Source: Actinomycetota bacterium
GTDB taxonomy: Bacteria; Actinomycetota; Actinomycetes; Nanopelagicales; Nanopelagicaceae
Reading direction: 5' to 3'
DNA length: 54,991 nt
Assembly: GCA_009702245.1 (NCBI GenBank)
Contig: WLIL01000001.1
Span: forward strand, 1 to 54,991
Shown: positions 19,051 through 27,600 of the stretch, one piece after another
How the letters are laid out: each line of letters starts with the position of its first letter
How positions within the stretch are numbered: position 1 is the first letter of the stretch
Position numbers and translations under genes: made by a program
Notes under the pieces: model-generated
Seen by the model: the letters and a program-made list of their open reading frames with translations, nothing else
The model's database searches: none
What the model was told of the DNA's origin: nothing

Positions 19051-20034
19051 TCAGACTCGAGGGGCTATACCGAGGATGGGAAGCACCTTTTCTAGTAAGT
19101 AACGGACATTTTTCACTATATCGCCTAATATCACCATGGAAATAAGCTCGTTTCCTTGATCTGCTGCCCATTGAATCCGCTCCGCACAGAACTCCGGGGT
19201 CCCGGCTATGACCTTAAAATCGATGAGTTCATCGGGAACAAATTCGGCCATCTTGTTACTTTCCTTGAGGTGATCCATGTATTCATATTTTTGAACGAAC
19301 TCCGCTCGCTGAGCGCTACTCCACCCAGGAAGCCACGTTTCCAGTTCATGACAAAGCGTCCGAACCAAGTAGGGGCGGGCGGCCTTCCTCGCTTGAAGGC
19401 CGTCATCATCAATAATTATGCCGGTGTGAAATGCAACAGTTGGGACCGTAGAACGCCCGGCATCCAGGGCGCCCTTACGTATCGATGAACGCATGTATTC
19501 CATATGGCTCGTCACCATCAGCCCATTTGCGATCACCACCTCCGCTTCCGCTCCGGCCTGCTCGCAAGAGAGCGGGCCATCCGCCGCCCACCAAATTTGG
19601 GGGTTCTCCCACCGAGCCCATGTCTTTGCAGACACGCCACCGATTTCTACACTCTCACCTGCCCAAATTCCACGCATCATGTCTACGCTCTGCTTGAGTT
19701 CTGGCCGAGTTGATTTCTTGAGTCCAATCGTTTTTAGTGCACTATCTCCGTATCCCAAACCCAGAAAAAACCTATCCGGTGCCAGCTCATTTAATGTTGA
19801 CATTGCGTTCGCAGTCACGCTTGGGTGACGCGTCTGAACGTTTGTCACAAAAGGACCTAACTGAATCGAATTTGTCTGCGAAGCTGCCAAAGCCATCGTT
19901 ACATAAGGATCTCTCCAAAGAATCTGGCTGTCCCCAAGGCCGAGAAATTGAACACCTCGCGATTCCGCAGCTATTGCCAACTCAAGAATTTGAGACATTG
20001 GAATGCTTGGGAGAAGAACTATTCCTAGTCTCAT
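19051..20034 (-). CDS. LLM-class oxidoreductase (F420- or flavin-dependent, methylene-H4MPT reductase-like)
   Basis: ORF 19051..20067. ATG 20034 (MRLGIVLLPS...) lies 1 nt after the ATPase stop. The luciferase-like pattern is present. Confidence 0.8.
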   Translation of the reverse strand: MRLGIVLLPSIPMSQILELAIAAESRGVQFLGLGDSQILWRDPYVTMALAASQTNSIQLGPFVTNVQTRHPSVTANAMSTLNELAPDRFFLGLGYGDSALKTIGLKKSTRPELKQSVDMMRGIWAGESVEIGGVSAKTWARWENPQIWWAADGPLSCEQAGAEAEVVIANGLMVTSHMEYMRSSIRKGALDAGRSTVPTVAFHTGIIIDDDGLQARKAARPYLVRTLCHELETWLPGWSSAQRAEFVQKYEYMDHLKESNKMAEFVPDELIDFKVIAGTPEFCAERIQWAADQGNELISMVILGDIVKNVRYLLEKVLPILGIAPRV

Positions 20035-20035
20035 C

Positions 20036-20884
20036 CTATTGGCGCCCAGACTCTCCATGTACATCATGCCAAACGAGCCTTACAAGATCATTAAACTCTT
20101 CAGTCAATTGATATTCTGGAGCGCGAGGGCGCACGGCTGGAACTCTTACTGAAGTGCGCACTTTGCCTGGCCGGGGAGTCAGTACAATTACGCGATCTGC
20201 TAAATAGACGGCCTCTCGAATGTCATGTGTAATAAAAATAATGCTCGCGTCGCTCGACAGGGCTATTTTCTGCAACTCGTCTTGCAGATTCTCCCTAGTT
20301 TGAGCGTCAAGGGCACCAAATGGCTCATCCATGAGGAGAACTTCAGGGTTGATCGCCAAAGCGCGAGCCAAGTTCACGCGTTGCTGCATACCACCAGAAA
20401 TCTGATGCGGGAAGTATCGAGGAAAATCCTTTAGTCCCACCAACTCGAGGTAAGGCATGACTTCGTCGCGTATTTTTTTACGCTTCCACGGGGCTGTCCA
20501 CTTCCCATTCCATTGTTTAAGTTCCCGGCCAAAAGAAACGTTATCAATAACTCGACGCCACGGATAAAGATTCGCTTGTTGTGAGACAAAACCTAGACGG
20601 GGAAGGGTGTGAGGAGATTCTGTAACAACCGAAACTTCACCGCTTGTCTGCTTAAGTAGTCCAGCAATAATTCGAAGTAACGTGGTCTTACCACAGCCAG
20701 AGGGGCCGACTACGGCAACAAATTCACCATTTCCCACCCGAAAGGAGACATCATCTATGACGCGTAAAACACCTTGCGATCCCGGTATTTCGAATTCCAT
20801 CAATAAGTTCTGAATAATTATTGAAGAATCGCCATCAGTCAAAGAAGATTCCTCTGCCGAAGAGGGTAGATTCATATTATTCAT
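20036..20884 (-). CDS. ABC transporter ATP-binding protein (NitT/TauT family, set 2)
   Basis: Walker A GPSGCGKTT, signature ISGGMQQR, Walker B LLLMDEPFGALD. ATG 20884 overlaps the permease stop (TAATG). Confidence 0.9.
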   Translation of the reverse strand: MNNMNLPSSAEESSLTDGDSSIIIQNLLMEFEIPGSQGVLRVIDDVSFRVGNGEFVAVVGPSGCGKTTLLRIIAGLLKQTSGEVSVVTESPHTLPRLGFVSQQANLYPWRRVIDNVSFGRELKQWNGKWTAPWKRKKIRDEVMPYLELVGLKDFPRYFPHQISGGMQQRVNLARALAINPEVLLMDEPFGALDAQTRENLQDELQKIALSSDASIIFITHDIREAVYLADRVIVLTPRPGKVRTSVRVPAVRPRAPEYQLTEEFNDLVRLVWHDVHGESGRQ

Positions 20885-21735
20885 TATGTTCCACTTTGCC
20901 AGCCACACAGAAGTCTCTGAAAGAAACCTAGTAACAAGGTGAGCAGTACTCCCATTCCAGCCAATATTACTGTTACAACAAATACGTCGACGGTATTAAA
21001 GAGCTGTGACGCCTGAATAAGCAAGTATCCGAGTCCTTGAGTTGCACCAAACAGATCTGCTACGACCACTCCCACAATTCCTCTTCCTACGGCTAGACGC
21101 AAACCTGCAAAAATAAACGGAAGCGCTCCGGGGAAGACGAGTTTTACAAACTGTTCTAAACGCGAGGCCCGAAATGCAAGTGCAATCTCTTCATACTGTT
21201 TAGTTACGCTGTCAACTCCAGCAACGGTATTAATAACCATCGGGAAGAAGGCCATCAAAGCAACTATCACAGCTTTTGCTTGGAGACCTAGGCCCAACCA
21301 TATGAGAATCAATGGCGCTAACGAGATCGAGGGAGTGGCATAGAGTGCGGAGATCCAAGGATCGAGAGCATCACGAAGCCTTTCAATCTTGCCCATAGCT
21401 AATCCAAGGGGAATGGCGGTCAAGGCACAGAATATGTAACCCAGCGCGAATTGCGAGAAACTCGTAAAAATGTGCTTCTGAATTGAACCGTCTGCCAAAA
21501 GTTCAAAGAATCGGGCGAATATTTTGGTTGGGGGCGAAAGCACCAATCCATTGATGTGAAAGATGGGTATTGAAAATTCCCAGAGAAGTAGGCCAGTCAA
21601 GATCGATAATACTGCACGACGTGTACGACGACGTCCTCCGCTACGTCGCTTTTTAAGTGGCGTAGCGGAGTCCTCGACTGCTGCATCGGACTTCATTGAA
21701 ATCAGATTATCTACGGCTTTGGTGGGCTGAACCAC
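20884..21735 (-). CDS. ABC transporter permease (NitT/TauT family, set 2)
   Basis: 283 aa with a GTG start, multiple hydrophobic segments and an EAA-like loop (IALAFRASRLEQFVKLVFPGALP). Confidence 0.85.
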   Translation of the reverse strand: MVQPTKAVDNLISMKSDAAVEDSATPLKKRRSGGRRRTRRAVLSILTGLLLWEFSIPIFHINGLVLSPPTKIFARFFELLADGSIQKHIFTSFSQFALGYIFCALTAIPLGLAMGKIERLRDALDPWISALYATPSISLAPLILIWLGLGLQAKAVIVALMAFFPMVINTVAGVDSVTKQYEEIALAFRASRLEQFVKLVFPGALPFIFAGLRLAVGRGIVGVVVADLFGATQGLGYLLIQASQLFNTVDVFVVTVILAGMGVLLTLLLGFFQRLLCGWQSGT

Positions 21736-21739
21736 TCAA

Positions 21740-22939
21740 CTATCCAAGAAACTTGCGGGCTGTTTGGATGTATGACTGATCGACAACCTTGTTGAGATCT
21801 AGCGTGCCCTTCAAGATTCCGTCACGCACATTCAGACGTACCGTATTGTTTAGCGCCTGAAGATCCTCTTCCGGGACTGTAATTCGGTAATCATTTCCAG
21901 CCTTGAGATATTCCTCATAGGTCGCAGTTGCTGCCTTGGCAGGAATCTTGTAGCGAGTAACCATCGCAGCTTCAACTGCCGCACGATTCTTCGCATCAGC
22001 TAGAAAGTTACATCCTTGAATCCACGCAGCTAAGAATCGAACAGTTGCGGCTTGATTCTTCTTTAGCCAGCTTGACTTGGCATATGCGCCACCGAGTTCA
22101 TAGTCTGCAGATAGTCCCTTTTGCACATAAGAAATAATCTGATATCCATACTTTGCCTGATTATCTACGTTCTCAGCTGCTGGTGAGTTCAGCACTGTAG
22201 CTTTACCTAGACCGGCCTGCACTGCAGCCATACGAGCTGGCGAACCTCCAGAAGTAGATACTGGAGTCCAGCTACCCGCTCCTAATGCATTATCTAGAAC
22301 AATGCCAGCAAAGGTAGTACTGGAAGTACCCGTAGGAGCAACGATGATCTTCTGTCCCTTAAGTTGCTTCAGACTTGTTACATCATTTGGTCCCACGATT
22401 GCAAAGAGTGGACCAGCGATAGATGCAACAATGTTGAGGTCAGCCGCGCCTTGCTCCATTGCAATCAACGGCGCTGGACCCGTGAGAGTAAAATCCACAT
22501 CTCCACTTAGAAGTGCTCTGGTGGATTCGGCGTCGGTACCAAACACAACAGGCGTATCTACTGTCAGGTTCATCTTGCTGAAATAGCCTTGCTCACGTGC
22601 GGTATAGAAACACTCGTAGTTCAAACCTTCGCTAAAAGTAGCCACATTGATTTTAGCTTGGGTCATATCTATCTTGGGTTTAGGTACCTCTACCGCGGCT
22701 GCAGGTACGGCAGCTGCCTTGGGAGCAAGTACCCAAGTGAGTTTCTTCGATTTGGCGTTGAGAGCACAGACGTAAGAAGCATTTTTAATAACAGTGCGAG
22801 TTCCGCTCTTTTGACATGTGGCACCCGGTTTAGCCGGAGCGGCTGCAACACCTGTAATCGTAGTTGCTGCAAGAAGTGCGAATATTCCAACGGCCACAAT
22901 TCCGGCCCTACCTACTGGACGACCTACAAAACGCTTCAT
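21740..22939 (-). CDS. ABC transporter substrate-binding protein, NMT1/SsuA-like (set 2), with an N-terminal C-x15-C module and a Pro/Ala linker
   Basis: 399 aa. A signal-like N-terminus is followed by GATCQKSGTRTVIKNASYVCALNAKSKKLTW, then APKAAAVPAAAVEVPKPK, then a binding-protein fold. Confidence 0.8.
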   Translation of the reverse strand: MKRFVGRPVGRAGIVAVGIFALLAATTITGVAAAPAKPGATCQKSGTRTVIKNASYVCALNAKSKKLTWVLAPKAAAVPAAAVEVPKPKIDMTQAKINVATFSEGLNYECFYTAREQGYFSKMNLTVDTPVVFGTDAESTRALLSGDVDFTLTGPAPLIAMEQGAADLNIVASIAGPLFAIVGPNDVTSLKQLKGQKIIVAPTGTSSTTFAGIVLDNALGAGSWTPVSTSGGSPARMAAVQAGLGKATVLNSPAAENVDNQAKYGYQIISYVQKGLSADYELGGAYAKSSWLKKNQAATVRFLAAWIQGCNFLADAKNRAAVEAAMVTRYKIPAKAATATYEEYLKAGNDYRITVPEEDLQALNNTVRLNVRDGILKGTLDLNKVVDQSYIQTARKFLG

Positions 22940-22990
22940 AATGTCTCTTTCCGCTGTTGGGCTGTAAAAAAAATTTGTTGACCGATCATT

Positions 22991-23019
22991 AAGTTAAGGC
23001 TCTGATCGAAGCCTGTCAA
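22991..23019 (-). promoter_or_regulatory. promoter candidate for the set 2 ABC operon, with an inverted repeat in the spacer
   Basis: Minus strand: TTGACA (23014-23019)-N17-TAACTT (22991-22996). The spacer is the near-palindrome AGGCTTCGATCAGAGCCT (22997-23014). It lies directly downstream of the TetR gene. Confidence 0.35.
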
Positions 23020-23167
23020 TGGCCCCGGAGAACTGTTGGCATAACCTGAAACACCACTTGGTTCTCTGATATCCAGAAATCACGCGGAGGTCTATCTCCT
23101 CATGAACCTGGGCAACTCTTCAAGCGGACTGTGCTTGTCCGGACAATTTTTAACGAAACTCAGACAT

Positions 23168-23782
23168 CTAATTCTTTGCGATTCCATTTAGTAATGTAGA
23201 GGCAATCTCCTTAGCAACCGCTTTGGAGTCGACATCTCCTCCAGGCAGCAACCATTGTAAAGTCCAATTCAGCGCACCCAAGACAACTAACGTAGTTACT
23301 CGAGGATCCTTCACATCAAACTCACCTGACTTATTTCCGTCAATGATGACCTGTGTAAAAATACGACGATACTCTCTGTCACGTTTACGTAATTCTAAAA
23401 TATTATCTTCCGGCAGATGTGCTTGATCGCGGAGCATGACGATGAACCAGTCTCTACGTTCTATCATCAAAAGGATATGAGTTTCCACAAGCCTCGTAAA
23501 TTTTTCTAAACTAGTACCTGTGAATGATTCGTATTGATTTGCAGATTCAATCAAGGAGTCAATAGGCCGATAAACCGTTTGTAGAAGAAGATCCTGCTTA
23601 CTCTTGATGTAATAATAAAGAGCCGCAGATGTGAACCCAAGTTCACTTGCAATATCTTCTATAGTCGCTCCACGGTAACCTTTAAGCGCAAAAACGCGGA
23701 GACCTGCATCGAGTACTTCTTCGTGTCGGCTGCGGGCGGACTTATGAGTCTGCTTTGGCTTTTCGCCGCTCAATGTACCCAC
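23168..23782 (-). CDS. TetR/AcrR-family transcriptional regulator
   Basis: 204 aa. The N-terminal HTH is GYRGATIEDIASELGFTSAALYYYIKSKQDLL. This is the only regulator gene in the window. Confidence 0.9.
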   Translation of the reverse strand: MGTLSGEKPKQTHKSARSRHEEVLDAGLRVFALKGYRGATIEDIASELGFTSAALYYYIKSKQDLLLQTVYRPIDSLIESANQYESFTGTSLEKFTRLVETHILLMIERRDWFIVMLRDQAHLPEDNILELRKRDREYRRIFTQVIIDGNKSGEFDVKDPRVTTLVVLGALNWTLQWLLPGGDVDSKAVAKEIASTLLNGIAKN

Positions 23783-23911
23783 CTCTCTAGGTCTTCGCGC
23801 GCTAAATAAAAAATGATTAGATTAAGTAGCCTACACCATTAGGACATTTGGTTTATTCCCCACTTGACCTGCGATCTAGTACCCATGATGGAATGTCAAT
23901 GGCGCGTGCGT

Positions 23912-25840
23912 TCATTCTACAGTTCCGGAAGTCACAGGTAGTGCAACATATGAGGGCCGCGTTGAATCATGGAATACCGAATTTAACGCCACTACCGCTG
24001 ACCTTTCTACCCCTGCAGATTCACCTGTATTTGTATTCACATCAAATCGAGGAAAATTAGAGCTAGAAATATCTAGACGAATACGGTGACCGACCGAGAA
24101 GAGGTTTGCAGTTGGATATAGCGTGATTGTTATTGGTACGCATTCTCCGGGTGTCACGAATTTCTCTACGTCACTCTCCCGATACCTCAGCCTAACGATA
24201 CTATCTGTGAGATTCATCGAATATCCGCGAGGGAATGATTGAGATGGCGGATACTCATCAATCAATTTCGCAGTGAAATCTGTATCTACCGCTGACGTAC
24301 TTACCCAGAGATGAACTTGAATCGGTCCAATAATTTCGACAGCATGATCAAGAGGTGATGTTCGGAAAACTAATACATCTTTTCTCGAAGCTAAGGGTAA
24401 ATACGGCGGAGTGCATCCGAACACAGATGCATTTTCTACCTGATTAAACCCACCGGCAGGAGTAATGTCTTGATACCGGAAAGATCCACCAGCTGCATTT
24501 GTATCTGTAACACCCGGAGGCATAGGTAATAAATCAGAAAGCGAAGAAATACTTCCACCGATGGTAGGCACGGGCCGACCTGGATCAAAACGATATTCAG
24601 TCTTTGAACTTTTTTCAGATGGTAGAGACGATGTTAAGGATCCGTCTTGATGCAAATATAGGTTTGTGAATTGAGTCTGCGGGAGCGGCCACTCCTTAGC
24701 ATTCTTCCAATATCCCCCGTGCAGAATTTTTCCATCTGGAGTTCTAATTCCTTCGCCACCACCCATAACGAAGATGCTTATTGGATCGCCGGAGAAAATC
24801 TCTTGATTCTTGCCCTTGAGGGAAGCATCAAACCATTGCTGATGAAGCAAACGTAGATCCGCAATAGCTGCACTTTCGCCATAATCAACATTTCCCGCCA
24901 AACGGTTCTCCGGCATGCCCGTTCCGTGAACCCAAGGTCCTACCACCAATTTCAATCGATGCCGTCCTAAAGTACGGAGCCCTTCATAAGCCTCAAAAAC
25001 AGACCGAGGATAAGAGTCGTACCATCCACCTATAAGCAAGACGTCAGAATGAGGGAATTTATCAAAATAGAGTTCAGGTGCGTATCCAGGTTGCTTCCAA
25101 TACTCCGAATAATCTGACTCAGAGGAAATCTTTAACGCCCACTCCTCATACTCAGGGATAAGTGCGAGTTGAGTTGCTCCTTTGCGCAGCGGAAGCCGAG
25201 TCAACCATTCCCTTGTAGTTGGAGCTCCAAAATTTAATGCTTCCATGAGGCCTGGTTGCTCCACCAAATCACGTCGAGCATTAGTAGCTGAATGCCAAAA
25301 GGCCCAACCGAGCCATCGCAGCTCGAAGGCCCCCCCTTGGCGCATGGAACTTCGCCACGAATTTGTCGCGCTTTGATGAGGAACAAAAGCTTTTAGGTTC
25401 GTAGGCCCGTACGAGGCCATTGCCATTTGAGTAAAACTCGAGTACGAGGTACCCCAAGCAGCTACTTGACCGTCGGACCACTCTTGATTATCAATCCATT
25501 GAAGCGTTTCGACTCCGTCAGGTCCTTCTCCAGCAATAAACGTCAACTTCCCCTCTGAAGCGAAAGTCCCCCGGACATCTTGAATTACTGCAACGTATCC
25601 TCTCCGGGCAAACCATTCGCTGTATCCCCATTTGCGCTCAACCGCGCTTTTATCGTAGGGCGTTCGGTGAAATATCGCAGGGAACTTTCCGGGTACCGCT
25701 TTACCATTAAGCGCAGGACGATATAAGTCAGTAGCTAGCAAGGTTCCATCAGACATTTTGATCATGACATCTCGTTCAATCACGATCTCATTAAGCGGCG
25801 GATTTTCGCTTATCGGAGCTCCTGGCAGCAAAAACTTCAT
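23912..25840 (-). CDS. CocE/NonD-family hydrolase (S15 X-Pro dipeptidyl-peptidase-like)
   Basis: 642 aa. The N-terminal alpha/beta domain has a GTSYSS nucleophile-elbow-like segment. The C-terminal beta-sandwich domain (...RIRLDISSSNFPRFD) is typical of CocE/NonD. Confidence 0.8.
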   Translation of the reverse strand: MKFLLPGAPISENPPLNEIVIERDVMIKMSDGTLLATDLYRPALNGKAVPGKFPAIFHRTPYDKSAVERKWGYSEWFARRGYVAVIQDVRGTFASEGKLTFIAGEGPDGVETLQWIDNQEWSDGQVAAWGTSYSSFTQMAMASYGPTNLKAFVPHQSATNSWRSSMRQGGAFELRWLGWAFWHSATNARRDLVEQPGLMEALNFGAPTTREWLTRLPLRKGATQLALIPEYEEWALKISSESDYSEYWKQPGYAPELYFDKFPHSDVLLIGGWYDSYPRSVFEAYEGLRTLGRHRLKLVVGPWVHGTGMPENRLAGNVDYGESAAIADLRLLHQQWFDASLKGKNQEIFSGDPISIFVMGGGEGIRTPDGKILHGGYWKNAKEWPLPQTQFTNLYLHQDGSLTSSLPSEKSSKTEYRFDPGRPVPTIGGSISSLSDLLPMPPGVTDTNAAGGSFRYQDITPAGGFNQVENASVFGCTPPYLPLASRKDVLVFRTSPLDHAVEIIGPIQVHLWVSTSAVDTDFTAKLIDEYPPSQSFPRGYSMNLTDSIVRLRYRESDVEKFVTPGECVPITITLYPTANLFSVGHRIRLDISSSNFPRFDVNTNTGESAGVERSAVVALNSVFHDSTRPSYVALPVTSGTVE

Positions 25841-25841
25841 C

Positions 25842-26963
25842 TCACAACTTCACTTTCAAATGAGGATCGATTATTGGTCGTAACTCATGCCCACTCGAGA
25901 TCGACTTCAAAGCCTCAGATGCACGAGCCAGTGGATATCGATTTCCCAACAGCGCAGCAAATGGATAGATTTCCTGATTTTGATCTGCAAAATTGAGAGC
26001 GCGGTAGTAATGCGAGATATCAGCGCTTACTGTTCCAGCTACATGCAATTGTCCTATGTTGAACTGGGCTCCCATAATCTTCGCTGGCTCTCCCGTGGAC
26101 TGCCCACCAAGTACGAGGTAGCGTCCTCCACGTCTGACAAGCGAAAAGCCTTCGGTTAGTGCAGCCGAATTCCCAGCACATTCAACAACAAGGTCTGCTC
26201 CTCGGCCATCTGTTACATCTCGAATAGCTTGGACGCGTTCTTCGTGAGTTGTAGCCTCAATATCGAGAACGGAATACGCACCCCACCGCATCGCAAGTTC
26301 TAATCGCTCCTTAGGCGCGCCAATTGTTATTACACGACTCGCACCACTTCTCAACGCATATGCGAGCGCAAAGAGACCAACAGCCCCGGCGCCTTGAATG
26401 ACAACCGTATCAATGGTTGAGACTCCACCAATCTTTTCAAAACCGTGAATCGCTGTACGTAATGAACATGTGGTTGATGCTGCAATTGCAGGGTCTAAGC
26501 CACTTGGAACTTTTACGACTTTGCATTTTGGAAGGATATAAGCAAATTCAGAAAAACCTCCAAGTAGATATGGTGTTTCATCTGCCCCACCCCATCCATA
26601 ACTCTTCGAATTTGGGCAAAGGGTCGGTTGCTTCGCGATATTGCACCAGAAACATTCTCCGCACCATGCATAGGACCAGGCAATGAGATCACCCACTTGT
26701 AGAGATTGACCCATCGCATCTTTCGTTCGACCTTCGCCAAGTTCAACAATTCGTCCCACGATTTCATGGCCCATCACAAGGGGGATACGTGAAATACTTG
26801 GAAATCCCCCAGCTGCCATATGAGCGTCAGTGCCGCAGACAGTGGTTGCTTCCACTCGAACCAGAATTGAACCCGACTCGAGATCAGGGATAGGCAAATT
26901 CCAGACTTGAAGCGGAGCCCCATACTCCACTAAGACAGCCGCTGAGCTCGTCCCTTGGCTCAT
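25842..26963 (-). CDS. zinc-dependent alcohol dehydrogenase (MDR superfamily)
   Basis: ORF 25842..27038. ATG 26963 (MSQGTSSAAVL...) is preceded by AAGGGAG. It has GHEIVG, structural-Zn CGECFWCN and a GAGAVG Rossmann motif. There is a 1-nt gap to the CocE gene. Confidence 0.85.
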   Translation of the reverse strand: MSQGTSSAAVLVEYGAPLQVWNLPIPDLESGSILVRVEATTVCGTDAHMAAGGFPSISRIPLVMGHEIVGRIVELGEGRTKDAMGQSLQVGDLIAWSYAWCGECFWCNIAKQPTLCPNSKSYGWGGADETPYLLGGFSEFAYILPKCKVVKVPSGLDPAIAASTTCSLRTAIHGFEKIGGVSTIDTVVIQGAGAVGLFALAYALRSGASRVITIGAPKERLELAMRWGAYSVLDIEATTHEERVQAIRDVTDGRGADLVVECAGNSAALTEGFSLVRRGGRYLVLGGQSTGEPAKIMGAQFNIGQLHVAGTVSADISHYYRALNFADQNQEIYPFAALLGNRYPLARASEALKSISSGHELRPIIDPHLKVKL

Positions 26964-27017
26964 ATCCTGGTTTCTCCCTTGTTTGACCGCTAACTTAGTC
27001 CACAGTAAGTAGAAAGC

Positions 27018-27046
27018 AAGGTATAAAGCGATCGCCAAATCGTCAA
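27018..27046 (-). promoter_or_regulatory. promoter candidate for the Zn-ADH/CocE unit (divergent region)
   Basis: Minus strand: TTGACG (27041-27046)-N17-TACCTT (27018-27023). ACTAAGTTAG lies downstream on the minus strand (plus-strand 26990-26999). A plus-strand TTGACC (26983-26988)-N17-TAAGTA (27006-27011) faces the NTF2-like gene. Confidence 0.3.
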
Positions 27047-27078
27047 CTACTCACCTGTTCGAGAGGAATACCCATCCC

Positions 27079-27486
27079 ATGCCACCTGTTTCTTGGAGCG
27101 ATCCCACCTCAAGCGCCACAGAGAGATACTCCCTACTTTTATCCAGCGTGCAGGATTACTTGGACGCGCTCTACAACGGGGATGTCCCACTATTCGAACG
27201 GGTATTCCATGCCAAGGGGCGACTGACATCGACTGTCGAAGGTCAAATTATCGACATGGGTATCCCTGAATATATGAAAATGGTGGCTGGCCGCCCTTCA
27301 CCCGCTGATAGAAATGATCCTCGAATGGATCAAGTTCTCCATGTGTCCATGCCATCTCCCACCACCGCACATGCACGGGTCAACGACGCCTACCTACCAA
27401 AATTCTTCACAGATGACCTCACCTTCATATGGGACGACAACCGCTGGCAGATTATTCAAAAGGTTTGGCACTTCACACTCATTTAA
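27079..27486 (+). CDS. NTF2-like / putative lumazine-binding (SnoaL-fold) protein
   Basis: 135 aa. ...YLDALYNGDVPLFERVFH... and the C-terminal W..IQKVWHF fit the small NTF2-like family. No catalytic residues can be assigned. Confidence 0.5.
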   Translation: MPPVSWSDPTSSATERYSLLLSSVQDYLDALYNGDVPLFERVFHAKGRLTSTVEGQIIDMGIPEYMKMVAGRPSPADRNDPRMDQVLHVSMPSPTTAHARVNDAYLPKFFTDDLTFIWDDNRWQIIQKVWHFTLI

Positions 27487-27517
27487 GTCCAGCTTCCCTC
27501 CCTAGATGGCTTGATGC

Positions 27518-27556
27518 TTGACATCTAATAAGTAAGCCCGTTTACTAAACGCTTAG
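27518..27556 (+). promoter_or_regulatory. promoter plus palindromic operator candidate upstream of the bicupin gene (shared motif, copy 3)
   Basis: The plus strand reads TTGACA (27518-27523)-N17-TTTACTAAACGCTTAG (27541-27556), 45 nt upstream of ATG 27601. Confidence 0.45.
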
Positions 27557-27600
27557 AAAGTAGCCAATTTTTGCGCAGCTAAATATTCGGGAGATTCGCA

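Noticed and set aside
23135-23146. Perfect 12-nt palindrome TTGTCCGGACAA followed by TTTTT on the plus strand, just downstream of the TetR stop.
   Set aside because: As a terminator it faces the wrong way: the T-run is on the plus strand and there is no plus-strand gene upstream. The stem would have almost no loop. It might be a protein-binding site, but it occurs once and lies about 115 nt upstream of the better promoter candidate, so I did not call it.
25842-27038. N-terminal extensions in the ORF track, for example 26964-27038 for the Zn-ADH, 771-833, 3209-3250, 6071-6124, 16365-16379, 20035-20067 and 20885-20908.
   Set aside because: In each case an internal ATG has a Shine-Dalgarno sequence or a stop/start overlap with the upstream gene. 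The extension encodes non-conserved or hydrophobic junk, so the shorter coordinates were used.
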